DNA of 64,000 nt. It comes from Nitrososphaeria archaeon (lineage in GTDB: Archaea; Thermoproteota; Nitrososphaeria; Conexivisphaerales; DTJL01). The notes under the pieces were generated by a model. That model saw only the letters and a list, made by a program, of their open reading frames with translations, was not told the DNA's origin and did not search any database. The position numbers were made by a program, and so were the translations under genes. The stretch covers positions 1,581-65,580 of the forward strand of contig JARVJU010000010.1 in the NCBI GenBank assembly GCA_029775965.1. The letters run 5' to 3'. Each line of letters starts with the position of its first letter. Positions within the stretch are counted from its first letter, which is position 1. Below, one piece after another: positions 32,246 to 41,497 of the stretch.

Positions 32246-33565
32246 TTATTTTTCTGTGATTTCTTCTAGGCTTTTAGCCATTGTTTCTGGTGCAAGAAGC
32301 AAGGTAACAACAACAGCCAAGGCAAGGAATCCTATGAAGAAGAATGTACCGAGCTGAAGACCATAGTATTTGGATATGTATGGGAAGAGTATAACTCCAA
32401 TTATACCGCCTATCCTGCTGACAGTTGTAGAAAGCCCTTGCGCAAGACCACGAAGAGAAGTGGGAAACAACTCGACAGAATATGCAAAGCTCAGCGCTCC
32501 GCCTGGCCACTGTTCTAATGAGGAGTAAAGAATCCATAGAGGAAGAAGCAGGTATGCATTAATCGAAGTTAAAGGTGGCAGAAGGCCGAGAATTATAATC
32601 ATTGATATAAACCCTATAAGGGTCATCATTTTCCTGCCGTACCTGTCAACCATAAACATGGATGATACATATGCCAATATCGGGAATAGAGAACTGACTG
32701 CGCCGAATATCGCAATCTCTTCAAGATTACCAATCCCTAGTTGTTTGTACAATGTTGATGTGTAAAAGCCAAGTCCGTATGCCCCAACATCAAACGCGAA
32801 CCATGCCACAAGGACAAAAGTAGTATTTCTGACATACTTTGTGAAGAGCTCACCAATTGTGTGCTCTTTGTACCGGGAAACCTGTCCTATATCAATACCA
32901 AGCTTTTCTTCAACTATCCTTTTGGCTTTTTCTACCCTATTTCTTTGTAGTAACCACCTAGGAGATTCTGCTGTAATGTTTCTAGCTATTACAACAGGAA
33001 TGGCTATTATACCTCCTGCAAGCAAAGGTATTCTCCATGCCAGGTCAGCTCCAAATCTAAGTGCTAAAAGACTTACAGCAAAGGCAAGCATTGCTCCTAT
33101 CCAGTAAAACATGATGCCAAACATCAGTAGCATACCTCTTCTTTTCGCAGGGGCAAATTCAGAAATCAATGTGGAGCTTATAGGATAGTCAGCTCCAATT
33201 CCTATACCCAGAAGTATTCTGAACAGTATAACCTCAAACACATTCTGAGCTACGCTCGACAGTATTGCGAAGACCACAAACAGGATAAGGTCGACAACAA
33301 ACATCGTTTTCCTGCCTAGTTTATCGGCAAGCCAGCCGAATGTAATTCCCCCTATCGCCATACCTATAAGGCCACTTGCAAGCACGGTTCCATAAAGGAA
33401 TGGAGAAGAAGTGGAAGATATTCCAAAGATAGGAGATATCAGTAAAATTGTAAATGAAATTACGGATAGGTCATATCCATCGATCAGCACACCCATAGCT
33501 CCCAAGGTGGTAAGCAACCAGTGATACCTTACAACAGATGATTGGTCCATCTTATTGAGAGACAA
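32246..33565 (-). CDS. MFS transporter, sugar-porter-like
   Basis: GWLADKLGRKT, ESPRWL, VDRYGRK, PETM: sugar-porter signatures. Convergent with GH15, 1-bp gap. Confidence 0.85.
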   Translation of the reverse strand: MSLNKMDQSSVVRYHWLLTTLGAMGVLIDGYDLSVISFTILLISPIFGISSTSSPFLYGTVLASGLIGMAIGGITFGWLADKLGRKTMFVVDLILFVVFAILSSVAQNVFEVILFRILLGIGIGADYPISSTLISEFAPAKRRGMLLMFGIMFYWIGAMLAFAVSLLALRFGADLAWRIPLLAGGIIAIPVVIARNITAESPRWLLQRNRVEKAKRIVEEKLGIDIGQVSRYKEHTIGELFTKYVRNTTFVLVAWFAFDVGAYGLGFYTSTLYKQLGIGNLEEIAIFGAVSSLFPILAYVSSMFMVDRYGRKMMTLIGFISMIIILGLLPPLTSINAYLLLPLWILYSSLEQWPGGALSFAYSVELFPTSLRGLAQGLSTTVSRIGGIIGVILFPYISKYYGLQLGTFFFIGFLALAVVVTLLLAPETMAKSLEEITEK

Positions 33566-33702
33566 CTTTATTTTTTATTTGTCACAATTCAATTTTAACC
33601 TTAGGTTATAAGACATTAAATAAGGTTAAACTTGTCTATCCTTAATAGCGATAAAATTACATATTAACCTCATCAGAAGCCACTGCAACGGGGCGCAGGA
33701 AG

Positions 33703-34503
33703 TTGAGCGCCAGCATCGTAGCAGGGAACCAAGAAGCTAAAAGCGATGTAATACTAGAGTGCAAGGAGCTTTCTTTTGCCTATTCAAACGCAAAGTATAT
33801 TTTTAAAGATGTAAATCTAAAAACCTACAGAGACGAATTTATTGCCATCGTAGGCCCAACAGGCACAGGTAAGTCAACCCTGCTTCGTGTTATAGCACAA
33901 CTTCTAAAGCCTTCTTCTGGGCATGTTTATTTATACGGGTCTGAAGTGACTCATCCGTCATCTCGTATATCATTGATACACCAGTCTATTGCAACCTTTC
34001 CATGGATGACTGCCTTGGATAATGTTAAGCTTGCTCTGAGAGGGAAGGATATAGATGAAGAGGAGGCGAATAAAATTTCAGAGAGGATGCTAGATATGGT
34101 TGGGCTGAAAGGAGTAGCGTATGCTTACCCAAAGGAGATGAGTGGTGGGATGAGGCAGAGGATAGCTATAGCAAGAGCTCTTGCGGCATCTCCTGATGTT
34201 CTTCTTATGGATGAACCCTTCGTTCACCTTGATGAATTGACTGCCAATATGCTCAGGCAGGAGATCTACTACCTTGTCTTTAACCCAGAGAGTTCACTTA
34301 AGTCAGCTATCTTGGTTTCACATAATCTTTATGAAGTTGTTCAACTTGCTGATAGAGTGTATGTTATGAATGGTTCACCTGCAACGATAGTTGATGAAAT
34401 AAAGATAGACATACCTAGGCCAAGGCATCCAAGAGAACCCTCTTTCTACCAGTATCTTGACCTACTTTATGACGACCTTGACCTAAAAGAGAAAAGGGTG
34501 TAG
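33703..34503 (+). CDS. ABC transporter ATP-binding protein (NitT/TauT type)
   Basis: Walker A GPTGTGKST, signature MSGGMRQR, Walker B LLMDEPF. TTG start. Confidence 0.88.
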   Translation: MSASIVAGNQEAKSDVILECKELSFAYSNAKYIFKDVNLKTYRDEFIAIVGPTGTGKSTLLRVIAQLLKPSSGHVYLYGSEVTHPSSRISLIHQSIATFPWMTALDNVKLALRGKDIDEEEANKISERMLDMVGLKGVAYAYPKEMSGGMRQRIAIARALAASPDVLLMDEPFVHLDELTANMLRQEIYYLVFNPESSLKSAILVSHNLYEVVQLADRVYVMNGSPATIVDEIKIDIPRPRHPREPSFYQYLDLLYDDLDLKEKRV

Positions 34504-34507
34504 CTCT

Positions 34508-36127
34508 TTGGCTATAATTTGGCTTGCTACACTAGCTACACTTGCCACAGCAGCAAGAATATTTCTTCTCATAGGGATATCAGTGATTTCGGGCTGGATG
34601 CTAGGTTATTTGGCATACAAGAGCAGAAGGTTTGAAAGTGTTTATGTCCCGTTCGTTAATGTAATGGAATCAGTACCTGTGATAGGCTTTTTACCTATTG
34701 TTCTGATAATCTTTGTTACTAAGGTTGGTGGAAGTTTAGGAGTAGAACTGGGTGCTGATTTCCTTGTTCTTGATGCTGTGGTGTGGAATATTTGGATAGG
34801 AATATACCAAGCGTTTAAGACGGTGCCAGAGCATCTTATCGAAGTTTCTGATAATTACAGCTTCTCGTTCTTTGAAAGGATGAAGGAGCTGTATATTCCT
34901 TTTTCTATTCCTAAGATAGCAGCTAACTTATTCCCAAGTTATGCTGATGCTCTATTCTACATAACTGTAAGTGAAGTGTTCACGGTAGGAGCTAATACAT
35001 ATCAAACATTTGGCATAGGTACACTACTAGCTAATGAAATAGCAAAGGGTCAGATTGTAGGAGTCTACTACTCCCTTCTCATCCTAGCCATATCTGTCAT
35101 CATAATAACTGTTGTCTTTTCACAATTCAGTCAATGGGCTGTTGCAAAGTATGGAATAGATACCGCAGCGACAGTACAGCAAAGACAGCGCAGAACCACC
35201 CAGTATGTATCAAGAGCTGGTTATGCAATAGCAACAGGGACTAGACTCCTTTCGAGATTTGCTACAAAAGCGTTGTTAAGAGGGCATGCACCTCATGCTA
35301 GAAGAAGGTTTGTAGTTAAGGGAGTGAGTAAATATGCAGGCATAGCTGCAGTATGTTTCATTCTTGCCTACGTTGTATATTCAGCGATAGCAGTAGCTAT
35401 TTCTGTCCCGTTGCAACAATGGATAAGCTACCTTGCATTTACCCCCTACCTGATCTTTTCGATGCTTGTCGATTATGTCAGAGTTCTTATAGTTGCAATA
35501 ATTTCTCTTGTTATAGCCGTATTTTTAGGCTATTGGCTTGTGTTACATAAGAGAATAGCTCTAGGTATTCTTCCTACAATTCAAACACTATCGGCCTTCC
35601 CAGCGCCAGCCTATTTTCCTCTTATCTACGCTACTACTGCTTCGGTGCTACAGAGATATGTACCATTTGGTTATACGGAACTCTACGTGCTTTTCCTAGG
35701 ATTTATCAGCTGTTTTTACTATGTGTTTTTTGGTTTCTGGATAGGAGTGCAATCGATGCCGTCTGAATTCTGGGAGATAATGGATAATCATGAATTAGGG
35801 TTCTTTACCAGATTGAGAAGAGTTGTACTACCATCTGCCTTTCCTTACCTTATATCTGGGCTCTCCAGCACTATAAACAGCGCTTGGGCGGGCCTCTCGA
35901 TAGGAGAGTATTGGCCGGATATCTTTGCTGGTCATACACTGCAGGTTAAAACAGGAATGATGAAGATAATTGCCCTAAGTATGTCATCCGGTCAGATAGG
36001 TACAGCTGCATGGGCATCCTTTATATTCGCGGCTGTAGTAACTGTATATGCGATATTCTTCACTAGGAACCTGATGAATCTAGCCCAGAAAAAATATGTG
36101 ATGGAAGAAGGTATATATGCAGCCTGA
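34508..36127 (+). CDS. ABC transporter permease with duplicated permease domain (anion-transport type)
   Basis: 539 aa. Two multi-TM halves separated by a basic loop (QQRQRRTTQY...HAPHARRRF). Confidence 0.78.
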   Translation: MAIIWLATLATLATAARIFLLIGISVISGWMLGYLAYKSRRFESVYVPFVNVMESVPVIGFLPIVLIIFVTKVGGSLGVELGADFLVLDAVVWNIWIGIYQAFKTVPEHLIEVSDNYSFSFFERMKELYIPFSIPKIAANLFPSYADALFYITVSEVFTVGANTYQTFGIGTLLANEIAKGQIVGVYYSLLILAISVIIITVVFSQFSQWAVAKYGIDTAATVQQRQRRTTQYVSRAGYAIATGTRLLSRFATKALLRGHAPHARRRFVVKGVSKYAGIAAVCFILAYVVYSAIAVAISVPLQQWISYLAFTPYLIFSMLVDYVRVLIVAIISLVIAVFLGYWLVLHKRIALGILPTIQTLSAFPAPAYFPLIYATTASVLQRYVPFGYTELYVLFLGFISCFYYVFFGFWIGVQSMPSEFWEIMDNHELGFFTRLRRVVLPSAFPYLISGLSSTINSAWAGLSIGEYWPDIFAGHTLQVKTGMMKIIALSMSSGQIGTAAWASFIFAAVVTVYAIFFTRNLMNLAQKKYVMEEGIYAA

Positions 36128-36208
36128 TAGAAACTGCAAATGCAATGATGGGGTGCTAGGTACTATAAGAGTGTGACCTGCTTGGAAGTATTTCCTCAGG
36201 AGGTAAAT

Positions 36209-36670
36209 ATGGCCCAAGTAATAGGATTGGCAGAGTTGATAGTCTCTTGGGGTAAGAGAGCAGATATGCCCAAGCTTGCACATGAGTTACACATGAGCAT
36301 TCAAACATTATTGCCTTTACTCAATGCAGCACATCTACTTGGAATAGTGAATATAGATGGCTCAGACGTTGTTATAACACCTTTTGGACTCAGTCTTGTG
36401 GAATCAAGCAGGAATAATAGGGTTAACCTTATCAGAGACGCGATTCTGAATGTTGAGCCTTTTAGAACGGCTTACAAATTAACTTCTGAAAAAGGAGAAT
36501 TCACAGTTAAAGAACTTGCAGAGGAACTGGCAAGAAAGGGCATTAGGTGGGATCATGATGAAGATGAAAATGTCTCTGTGCTGTTTAGGATATTGATGAG
36601 ATGGACAGTTTATACAAAACTGTTCAGCTATGATGGCAGGTCACAGAACTTTCGTCTTCTTGAATCCTAA
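36209..36670 (+). CDS. Stand-alone AAA-associated C-terminal-domain protein (accessory to NitT/TauT ABC ATPases)
   Basis: ATG 36209 is preceded by GGAGGT. GLAELIVSWGKRADMPKLAHELHMSIQTLLPLLNAAHLLGIV resembles the domain usually fused to these ATPases. By-eye call. Confidence 0.55.
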   Translation: MAQVIGLAELIVSWGKRADMPKLAHELHMSIQTLLPLLNAAHLLGIVNIDGSDVVITPFGLSLVESSRNNRVNLIRDAILNVEPFRTAYKLTSEKGEFTVKELAEELARKGIRWDHDEDENVSVLFRILMRWTVYTKLFSYDGRSQNFRLLES

Positions 36671-36767
36671 GAGGAATCTGATTGGCACTAGCTTTACCGC
36701 ATGGTAGATAGTGTAAAATAGGTATTAAAAGTAGGCACAAAACGTCAAATTGACTACAAGAGCACCT

Positions 36768-38303
36768 ATGATGTGCCGGAAGGGGGTTGTGGCAAGCTCC
36801 CATCCCCTCGCTTCTTTTCAAGGTGTATCTGTACTACTTAAGGGAGGTAATGTGTTCGACGCTGCTATAGCTACGAGCGCAATGCTATGCGTTGTTCAGA
36901 ATAACCTATGTGGATTGGGAGGAGATACGTTTGCTATATTAAAGGAAGGGGAAAGAATAGAGGGGATTAACGGCAGTGGCAGAGCAGGAATAAATGCTAC
37001 CATTGATTTCTTCGAAAAAATGCAATTGAAGAGTATCCCTCAGAGAGGACCACTCTCAGCTGTTACTGTACCCGGGATAGTAGATGCATGGAATATTATA
37101 CATTCAAAATACTGCACATTTGAGCTAAAGGAGCTTCTTGCCCCTGCGATCGAATATGCGGAAAATGGTTTCCCACTAACTCCCAAGTATGTAGAATCAA
37201 TTAGAGCTTCTGCACCAATCTTTGAGAGATTTAAGGGATGGTGTAGCATCTTTCTTATTGATGGAAAGATTCCCCAAGAAGGTTATATCCTAAAGCAAAA
37301 GGCACTGGCAAAATCACTTAGGCTAATAGCGGAGGAAGGAACAGAGACTTTCTATAAAGGCAACTTGGCAGATAAGATCGTAAAAGGTCTTCAAAAAGAA
37401 GGTGGGCTTCTCACACATGACGATTTTTCACAGCATAAAACTACTTTGCAGCAACCTATGCATCAGAGCTACAGAGGGTTAGAAGTATACGAGACAGCCC
37501 CTAACAGTCAGGGTGCAGCTGTGCTTCTATGGCTGAAGATGCTTGAAGAATTTCCTCAGCTTCCAAACGATACAAGTAAGCTTGTCGAACTTTTTAGCTC
37601 AACGTATAAGCTGGTAAACAAGAAGAGGAGCAGCTTCATAGGTGACCCTGATTTCTTGCCCCTTCCCAGCGATTTCTTTTCTGCAAAAGAAGCGAATGAT
37701 GAAGAAAGACTGGGACCAGATAGGGCTGCTCTGCAGCAGGGAGATACCACTTACTTTGCTGTGGCTGACTCGGAAGGAAACTGTGCATCCATAATACAAA
37801 GTAACTATATGGGCTTTGGTTCAGGCATAGTTCCGGATGATACAGGTATAGTGATGCAGAACCGTGGCTGTTATTTCACGCTAGATGAGGCACATCATAA
37901 TTGCCTTGCTCCTCGTAAGAGGACATTCCATACACTCTGTGCTTCGCTCGGAATTAAAGGAAGCAATCCTGCCTTTGTTCTTGGCTCTATGGGGGGCGAT
38001 ATTCAGCCTCAGATCCATGTACAGCTGATAACCGATATCGTTGATTTAGGGATGAATATTCAAGAGGCGATAGATTCCCCTAGGTGGGCTATACCCAATA
38101 CCATTTATGAAAGGCCAAGAATTCTGTTTGCTGAAGAACCTCTAGCTTATAAGATAAAAAGAAGAGTATTAGGAGGGCTAGAGGTTCAGACTATACAGAA
38201 CCTCTCTTCAAGAGTAGGTCATGCACAAGGTATCATGTTTTTGGATGATGCCTTGTCAGGAGGAGCGGATCCAAGAGGAGATGGCATAGCAATAGGCTTC
38301 TGA
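36768..38303 (+). CDS. ggt: Gamma-glutamyltransferase
   Basis: VVASSHPLAS, GGNVFDAAIA, autoprocessing and nucleophile site GDTTYFAVAD, SMGGDIQPQ. The track ORF starts at TTG 36750; ATG 36768 is more likely. Confidence 0.92.
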   Translation: MMCRKGVVASSHPLASFQGVSVLLKGGNVFDAAIATSAMLCVVQNNLCGLGGDTFAILKEGERIEGINGSGRAGINATIDFFEKMQLKSIPQRGPLSAVTVPGIVDAWNIIHSKYCTFELKELLAPAIEYAENGFPLTPKYVESIRASAPIFERFKGWCSIFLIDGKIPQEGYILKQKALAKSLRLIAEEGTETFYKGNLADKIVKGLQKEGGLLTHDDFSQHKTTLQQPMHQSYRGLEVYETAPNSQGAAVLLWLKMLEEFPQLPNDTSKLVELFSSTYKLVNKKRSSFIGDPDFLPLPSDFFSAKEANDEERLGPDRAALQQGDTTYFAVADSEGNCASIIQSNYMGFGSGIVPDDTGIVMQNRGCYFTLDEAHHNCLAPRKRTFHTLCASLGIKGSNPAFVLGSMGGDIQPQIHVQLITDIVDLGMNIQEAIDSPRWAIPNTIYERPRILFAEEPLAYKIKRRVLGGLEVQTIQNLSSRVGHAQGIMFLDDALSGGADPRGDGIAIGF

Positions 38304-38328
38304 CGGTATCATAGTATATTAGTGCACT

Positions 38329-38925
38329 TTGATGATCCAAAGGAACATGGTATCAACACAGAGCAGAAACCTCATACTGGCAATAGTTGCTGGGCTCATG
38401 TTAGGCTCTATAATCTGGTTTATTGGAGGGAATGAACTAGGATACCTTTTCATCCAGTACAACGGATATGTCTATCAGGGGTTCATCTGGCAACTTTTTA
38501 CTTCTTTATTTATAGCACCGCCTTTTATCTATGGGTTTGAAGATGTATTATTCAATTCTCTTTCGATCATTCTGTTAGACAGGTTTCTCCTCTTTTCCTA
38601 TACACCAGGACAATACTACTTCACCTTTTTCATAACAGGTATAATTGGGAATCTCTTTAGTCTTCTTAATGGGCCAAATTATGCAAGTTTCGGAGCATCC
38701 GGAGGAATATTTGGGCTTCTGGCTGGAGGTGTTGCACTGGACTATGCAAACAGTAGAAGAATAAATCTCCCTCTGATAATATGGTTTGCATCAGTTCTTC
38801 TTTATAGTAGCTTTGCCTTGCCCAACATAGACTGGCTTGCCCACTTTGGAGGTTCCGCATCTGGTTTCATTCTTGGCTATATAATAGGCATGGAAAGAAG
38901 AAAAGAAGCTATCTACCGTTATTGA
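38329..38925 (+). CDS. Rhomboid-family intramembrane serine protease
   Basis: GASGGIFGLLAG (GxSG) and AHFGG catalytic His context; 6 TM. Confidence 0.8.
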   Translation: MMIQRNMVSTQSRNLILAIVAGLMLGSIIWFIGGNELGYLFIQYNGYVYQGFIWQLFTSLFIAPPFIYGFEDVLFNSLSIILLDRFLLFSYTPGQYYFTFFITGIIGNLFSLLNGPNYASFGASGGIFGLLAGGVALDYANSRRINLPLIIWFASVLLYSSFALPNIDWLAHFGGSASGFILGYIIGMERRKEAIYRY

Positions 38926-39422
38926 ACTGGCTCGGATTAAAGGCACATGACTCAATAGTAGAACTTGCTATATTGTATTTTTACGATTTGTTTTCTGTCT
39001 CTGCAGATTCAAAGAATCATTCCAAGATAAATAACACATGCATCTTTGTTCTTTATGGTAAATATAGCAAGGTCAGGGATTGTCATAATGTGGCCAATCT
39101 GTTCTTCCACGCTTTATTGTTTATTACCATTCTCAAGTTGTCAGTATGGCTATGAATACTTCTTACTACATCTGCTATTAATTTTTCTTGCATTGCTGTT
39201 TATACGATACGATATGATCACTTTGATCAGCTAATCTTTTATAAACACATGACATCTGTAAAGTCGTTAGTTTATCTTTTGTTGAGTTGAATGATATGAG
39301 AAATCCTGAACCGCAAATGAAGTATTATATATTACATAATGTTTCTATAAATTCAAATTCAGAACCGTTACTCCCTTACATCCTTTAGCCAAGTAGGAGA
39401 CCTGCTTGCAATGGTTAAAAGG

Positions 39423-39677
39423 CTACTGTGAGCTCTTCAAACTTTTAAGGGCGGAAATTACGTCATCAAGCTTGCTGGTGGGAAAGCTCACACCCTTCTT
39501 TGTGGGGCCTGTATAGCTTGCTGTAGATATCCATGTCCTTATATCCACTCTTGTCATACCCCTTCTGTCTACAAAAGTTGAAACTTTTATGGTAGTAGTA
39601 TCGCTCAGCTTGATTTCTGCAACAGGCTTGGAATTAAAAGGACCTTCTTCCTCGCTCATACCAAGTCTTCCCATCAT
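39423..39677 (-). CDS. PC4/YdbC-like small ssDNA-binding-fold protein
   Basis: IKVSTFVDRRGMTRVDIRTWISTASYTGPTKKGVSFPTSKLDDVISAL parallels PC4 (VSVRDFKGKVLIDIREYW...PGRKGISL...L...IS). Confidence 0.6.
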   Translation of the reverse strand: MMGRLGMSEEEGPFNSKPVAEIKLSDTTTIKVSTFVDRRGMTRVDIRTWISTASYTGPTKKGVSFPTSKLDDVISALKSLKSSQ

Positions 39678-39775
39678 CTAGACTTTAAACATAATGTTCA
39701 GCATTGGCTTTAGCTAGAGCCACTCGACCTTCTATGTTCCTTGGTCAAATAATAAATAGTTATGAATATCATACG

Positions 39776-40324
39776 ATGGCTGAGGAGCAAGGATGCATGA
39801 GTTCTGGCCCGGATATCAGGGAGAAGGTAAAGGAGATTAGGGGGACTGTCAAGAAACTAGAGCTACTTATCCCAGGACTTAGAGGATACAGGAAGCTGGA
39901 AGATATAAGAGCATCAGACGAGTTGCTCAGAAATGAGGTAGCAGACAGGCTTGATAAAGCTAGAAATAGTCTTGATTCTATAAGAAAAAAGATGGTTGAT
40001 GCAGGGGATTTCGCAAATCTTTCAGCCATAGCATCAGCTATGTCACGGCTTCAGCAACTATCCGGTCAAGTGAGGCACTCAGAGCAAGGATATTCCGGAA
40101 TTGCTGCAAACATAAGGGTTGACGAGGATACTTTGAACAGGTTGTATGATTTTGATAGCGAATTTGTCTCTTCCGCATTTAATCTTGCTGATTTCGCTGC
40201 TCAAGTTGTGTATCAGCAAGACACGATTCAATCAAACATCGCCTCTATCAACTCTATGATAGATGAGTTCAAACAGAAATGGATGACAAGAATAGAAAAT
40301 GTTGAAGGTATAATCGTGAGGTAG
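39776..40324 (+). CDS. All-helical coiled-coil protein, first gene of the SPFH/zinc-ribbon module
   Basis: The track ORF begins at TTG 39704; ATG 39776 leaves a 98-bp divergent promoter region. Long amphipathic helices. No motif recognised. Confidence 0.5.
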   Translation: MAEEQGCMSSGPDIREKVKEIRGTVKKLELLIPGLRGYRKLEDIRASDELLRNEVADRLDKARNSLDSIRKKMVDAGDFANLSAIASAMSRLQQLSGQVRHSEQGYSGIAANIRVDEDTLNRLYDFDSEFVSSAFNLADFAAQVVYQQDTIQSNIASINSMIDEFKQKWMTRIENVEGIIVR

Positions 40325-40333
40325 GCGATCTGC

Positions 40334-41497
40334 ATGGTATTTGGTAAGAAACAAAGCAATGTACCTTCTTCAGGAGGCAGCGTTCTTGGGTCTACCACTA
40401 TAAGCTGGGAGCCAGAATTTAAGCAAGAAAACGTTATGTGGAAGGTCCCAAGGCTGATAAGGTTGAATGACAATATAGTAGTCCGCGAGGACGAGATAGC
40501 TGTATTTTATAGGGATGGAAAGGTTCTTACGTACTTTGACCAGCCTAACAGGTATGCTCTGACAGACTTTAACGCGCCTATTGTGGGAAGTCTGCTAAAG
40601 TTCTTCACAGGTGTTCAACAACAGGCTGAAGTATACTATCTGCAGAAGAGGTTCTTTGACGGAAAGTTCGGTAGCACACAGCCTTACCAGTTTCTTGACG
40701 AAATATTCGGTATTGTCAATCTTAGAGTTTATGGAGAATACAGATGGAGAGTCTCTTCGCCTGAGAACTTCATCAATCAGTTTGTAGGTACATTCGGTGT
40801 TGAGACTTCAGCTGAAGTTGAATCAAGGCTGAAGGAACAGATGGTACTTCTTGTATATTCATCTCTTGGGAGAATGAAAGAGAAAGGACTTAAGGTTACA
40901 GATTTGGCAAGCAGTCTTACAAACATAGAGCAAGTGATTCTATCCATGTCCCCTGATCATTTTGGTCAGTATGGTGTGGAAATAAACAAAGTTTCTGGCC
41001 TAACCATAAGTCTTCCAGACGAAGTTCAAAAGGCTATTGATACACGCTCTGAAATGTCAGTGCTCGGTGTGAATTATCTGCAATACCAAGCAGGACAAGC
41101 AATGGTTGATGCAGCAAAGAACCCTAGCGGTGTTGCGGGAGTAGGTGCGGGGCTTGGTGTAGGAATAGGGGCTGGTGCTGGAGTAGGGTATGCTTTAGGC
41201 GGCCAGATCGCCCAGGGTATGACTCAGCCACCTAGCAAAAACTGCGTAAAATGCGGAGCTCTGATCCCGTCAAGCTCATCATTTTGCCCGGTTTGTGGTG
41301 CAAGTCAAGGCCAGACTGTTCCGGCAAGAGCTCAGGTGGCTTTATGTCAGAAGTGTGGTGCGCAGCTACCAGCTGGCGCTAAATTCTGCCCAAGCTGTGG
41401 AGCGCCTGTAGAAATAGATGAGAAAAAATGCCCCAACTGCGGGGCAACTGTTAAATCATCTGACAAGTTCTGCCCTAACTGTGGTAAACAGCTCTAG
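40334..41497 (+). CDS. SPFH-domain protein of the YdjI/COG4260 type with Gly-rich segment and three C-terminal zinc ribbons
   Basis: The N-terminal ~270 aa follow the COG4260 pattern (VVREDEIAVFYRDGKV, KFGSTQPY, NLRVYGEYRWRV, ISLPDEVQKAID). Then GVAGVGAGLGVGIGAGAGVG. Then three CxxCG-x(9-11)-FCPxCG units. Confidence 0.8.
   Translation: MVFGKKQSNVPSSGGSVLGSTTISWEPEFKQENVMWKVPRLIRLNDNIVVREDEIAVFYRDGKVLTYFDQPNRYALTDFNAPIVGSLLKFFTGVQQQAEVYYLQKRFFDGKFGSTQPYQFLDEIFGIVNLRVYGEYRWRVSSPENFINQFVGTFGVETSAEVESRLKEQMVLLVYSSLGRMKEKGLKVTDLASSLTNIEQVILSMSPDHFGQYGVEINKVSGLTISLPDEVQKAIDTRSEMSVLGVNYLQYQAGQAMVDAAKNPSGVAGVGAGLGVGIGAGAGVGYALGGQIAQGMTQPPSKNCVKCGALIPSSSSFCPVCGASQGQTVPARAQVALCQKCGAQLPAGAKFCPSCGAPVEIDEKKCPNCGATVKSSDKFCPNCGKQL

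Noticed and set aside
41495-41497. In-frame TAG as a pyrrolysine codon (some Thermoplasmata are Pyl users).
   Set aside because: TAG terminates several well-conserved genes in this window at the expected protein ends (zfx, sdhA, ribK, DUF488). No pyl genes or methylamine methyltransferases are visible, and the gene content is aerobic-respiratory rather than methanogenic.
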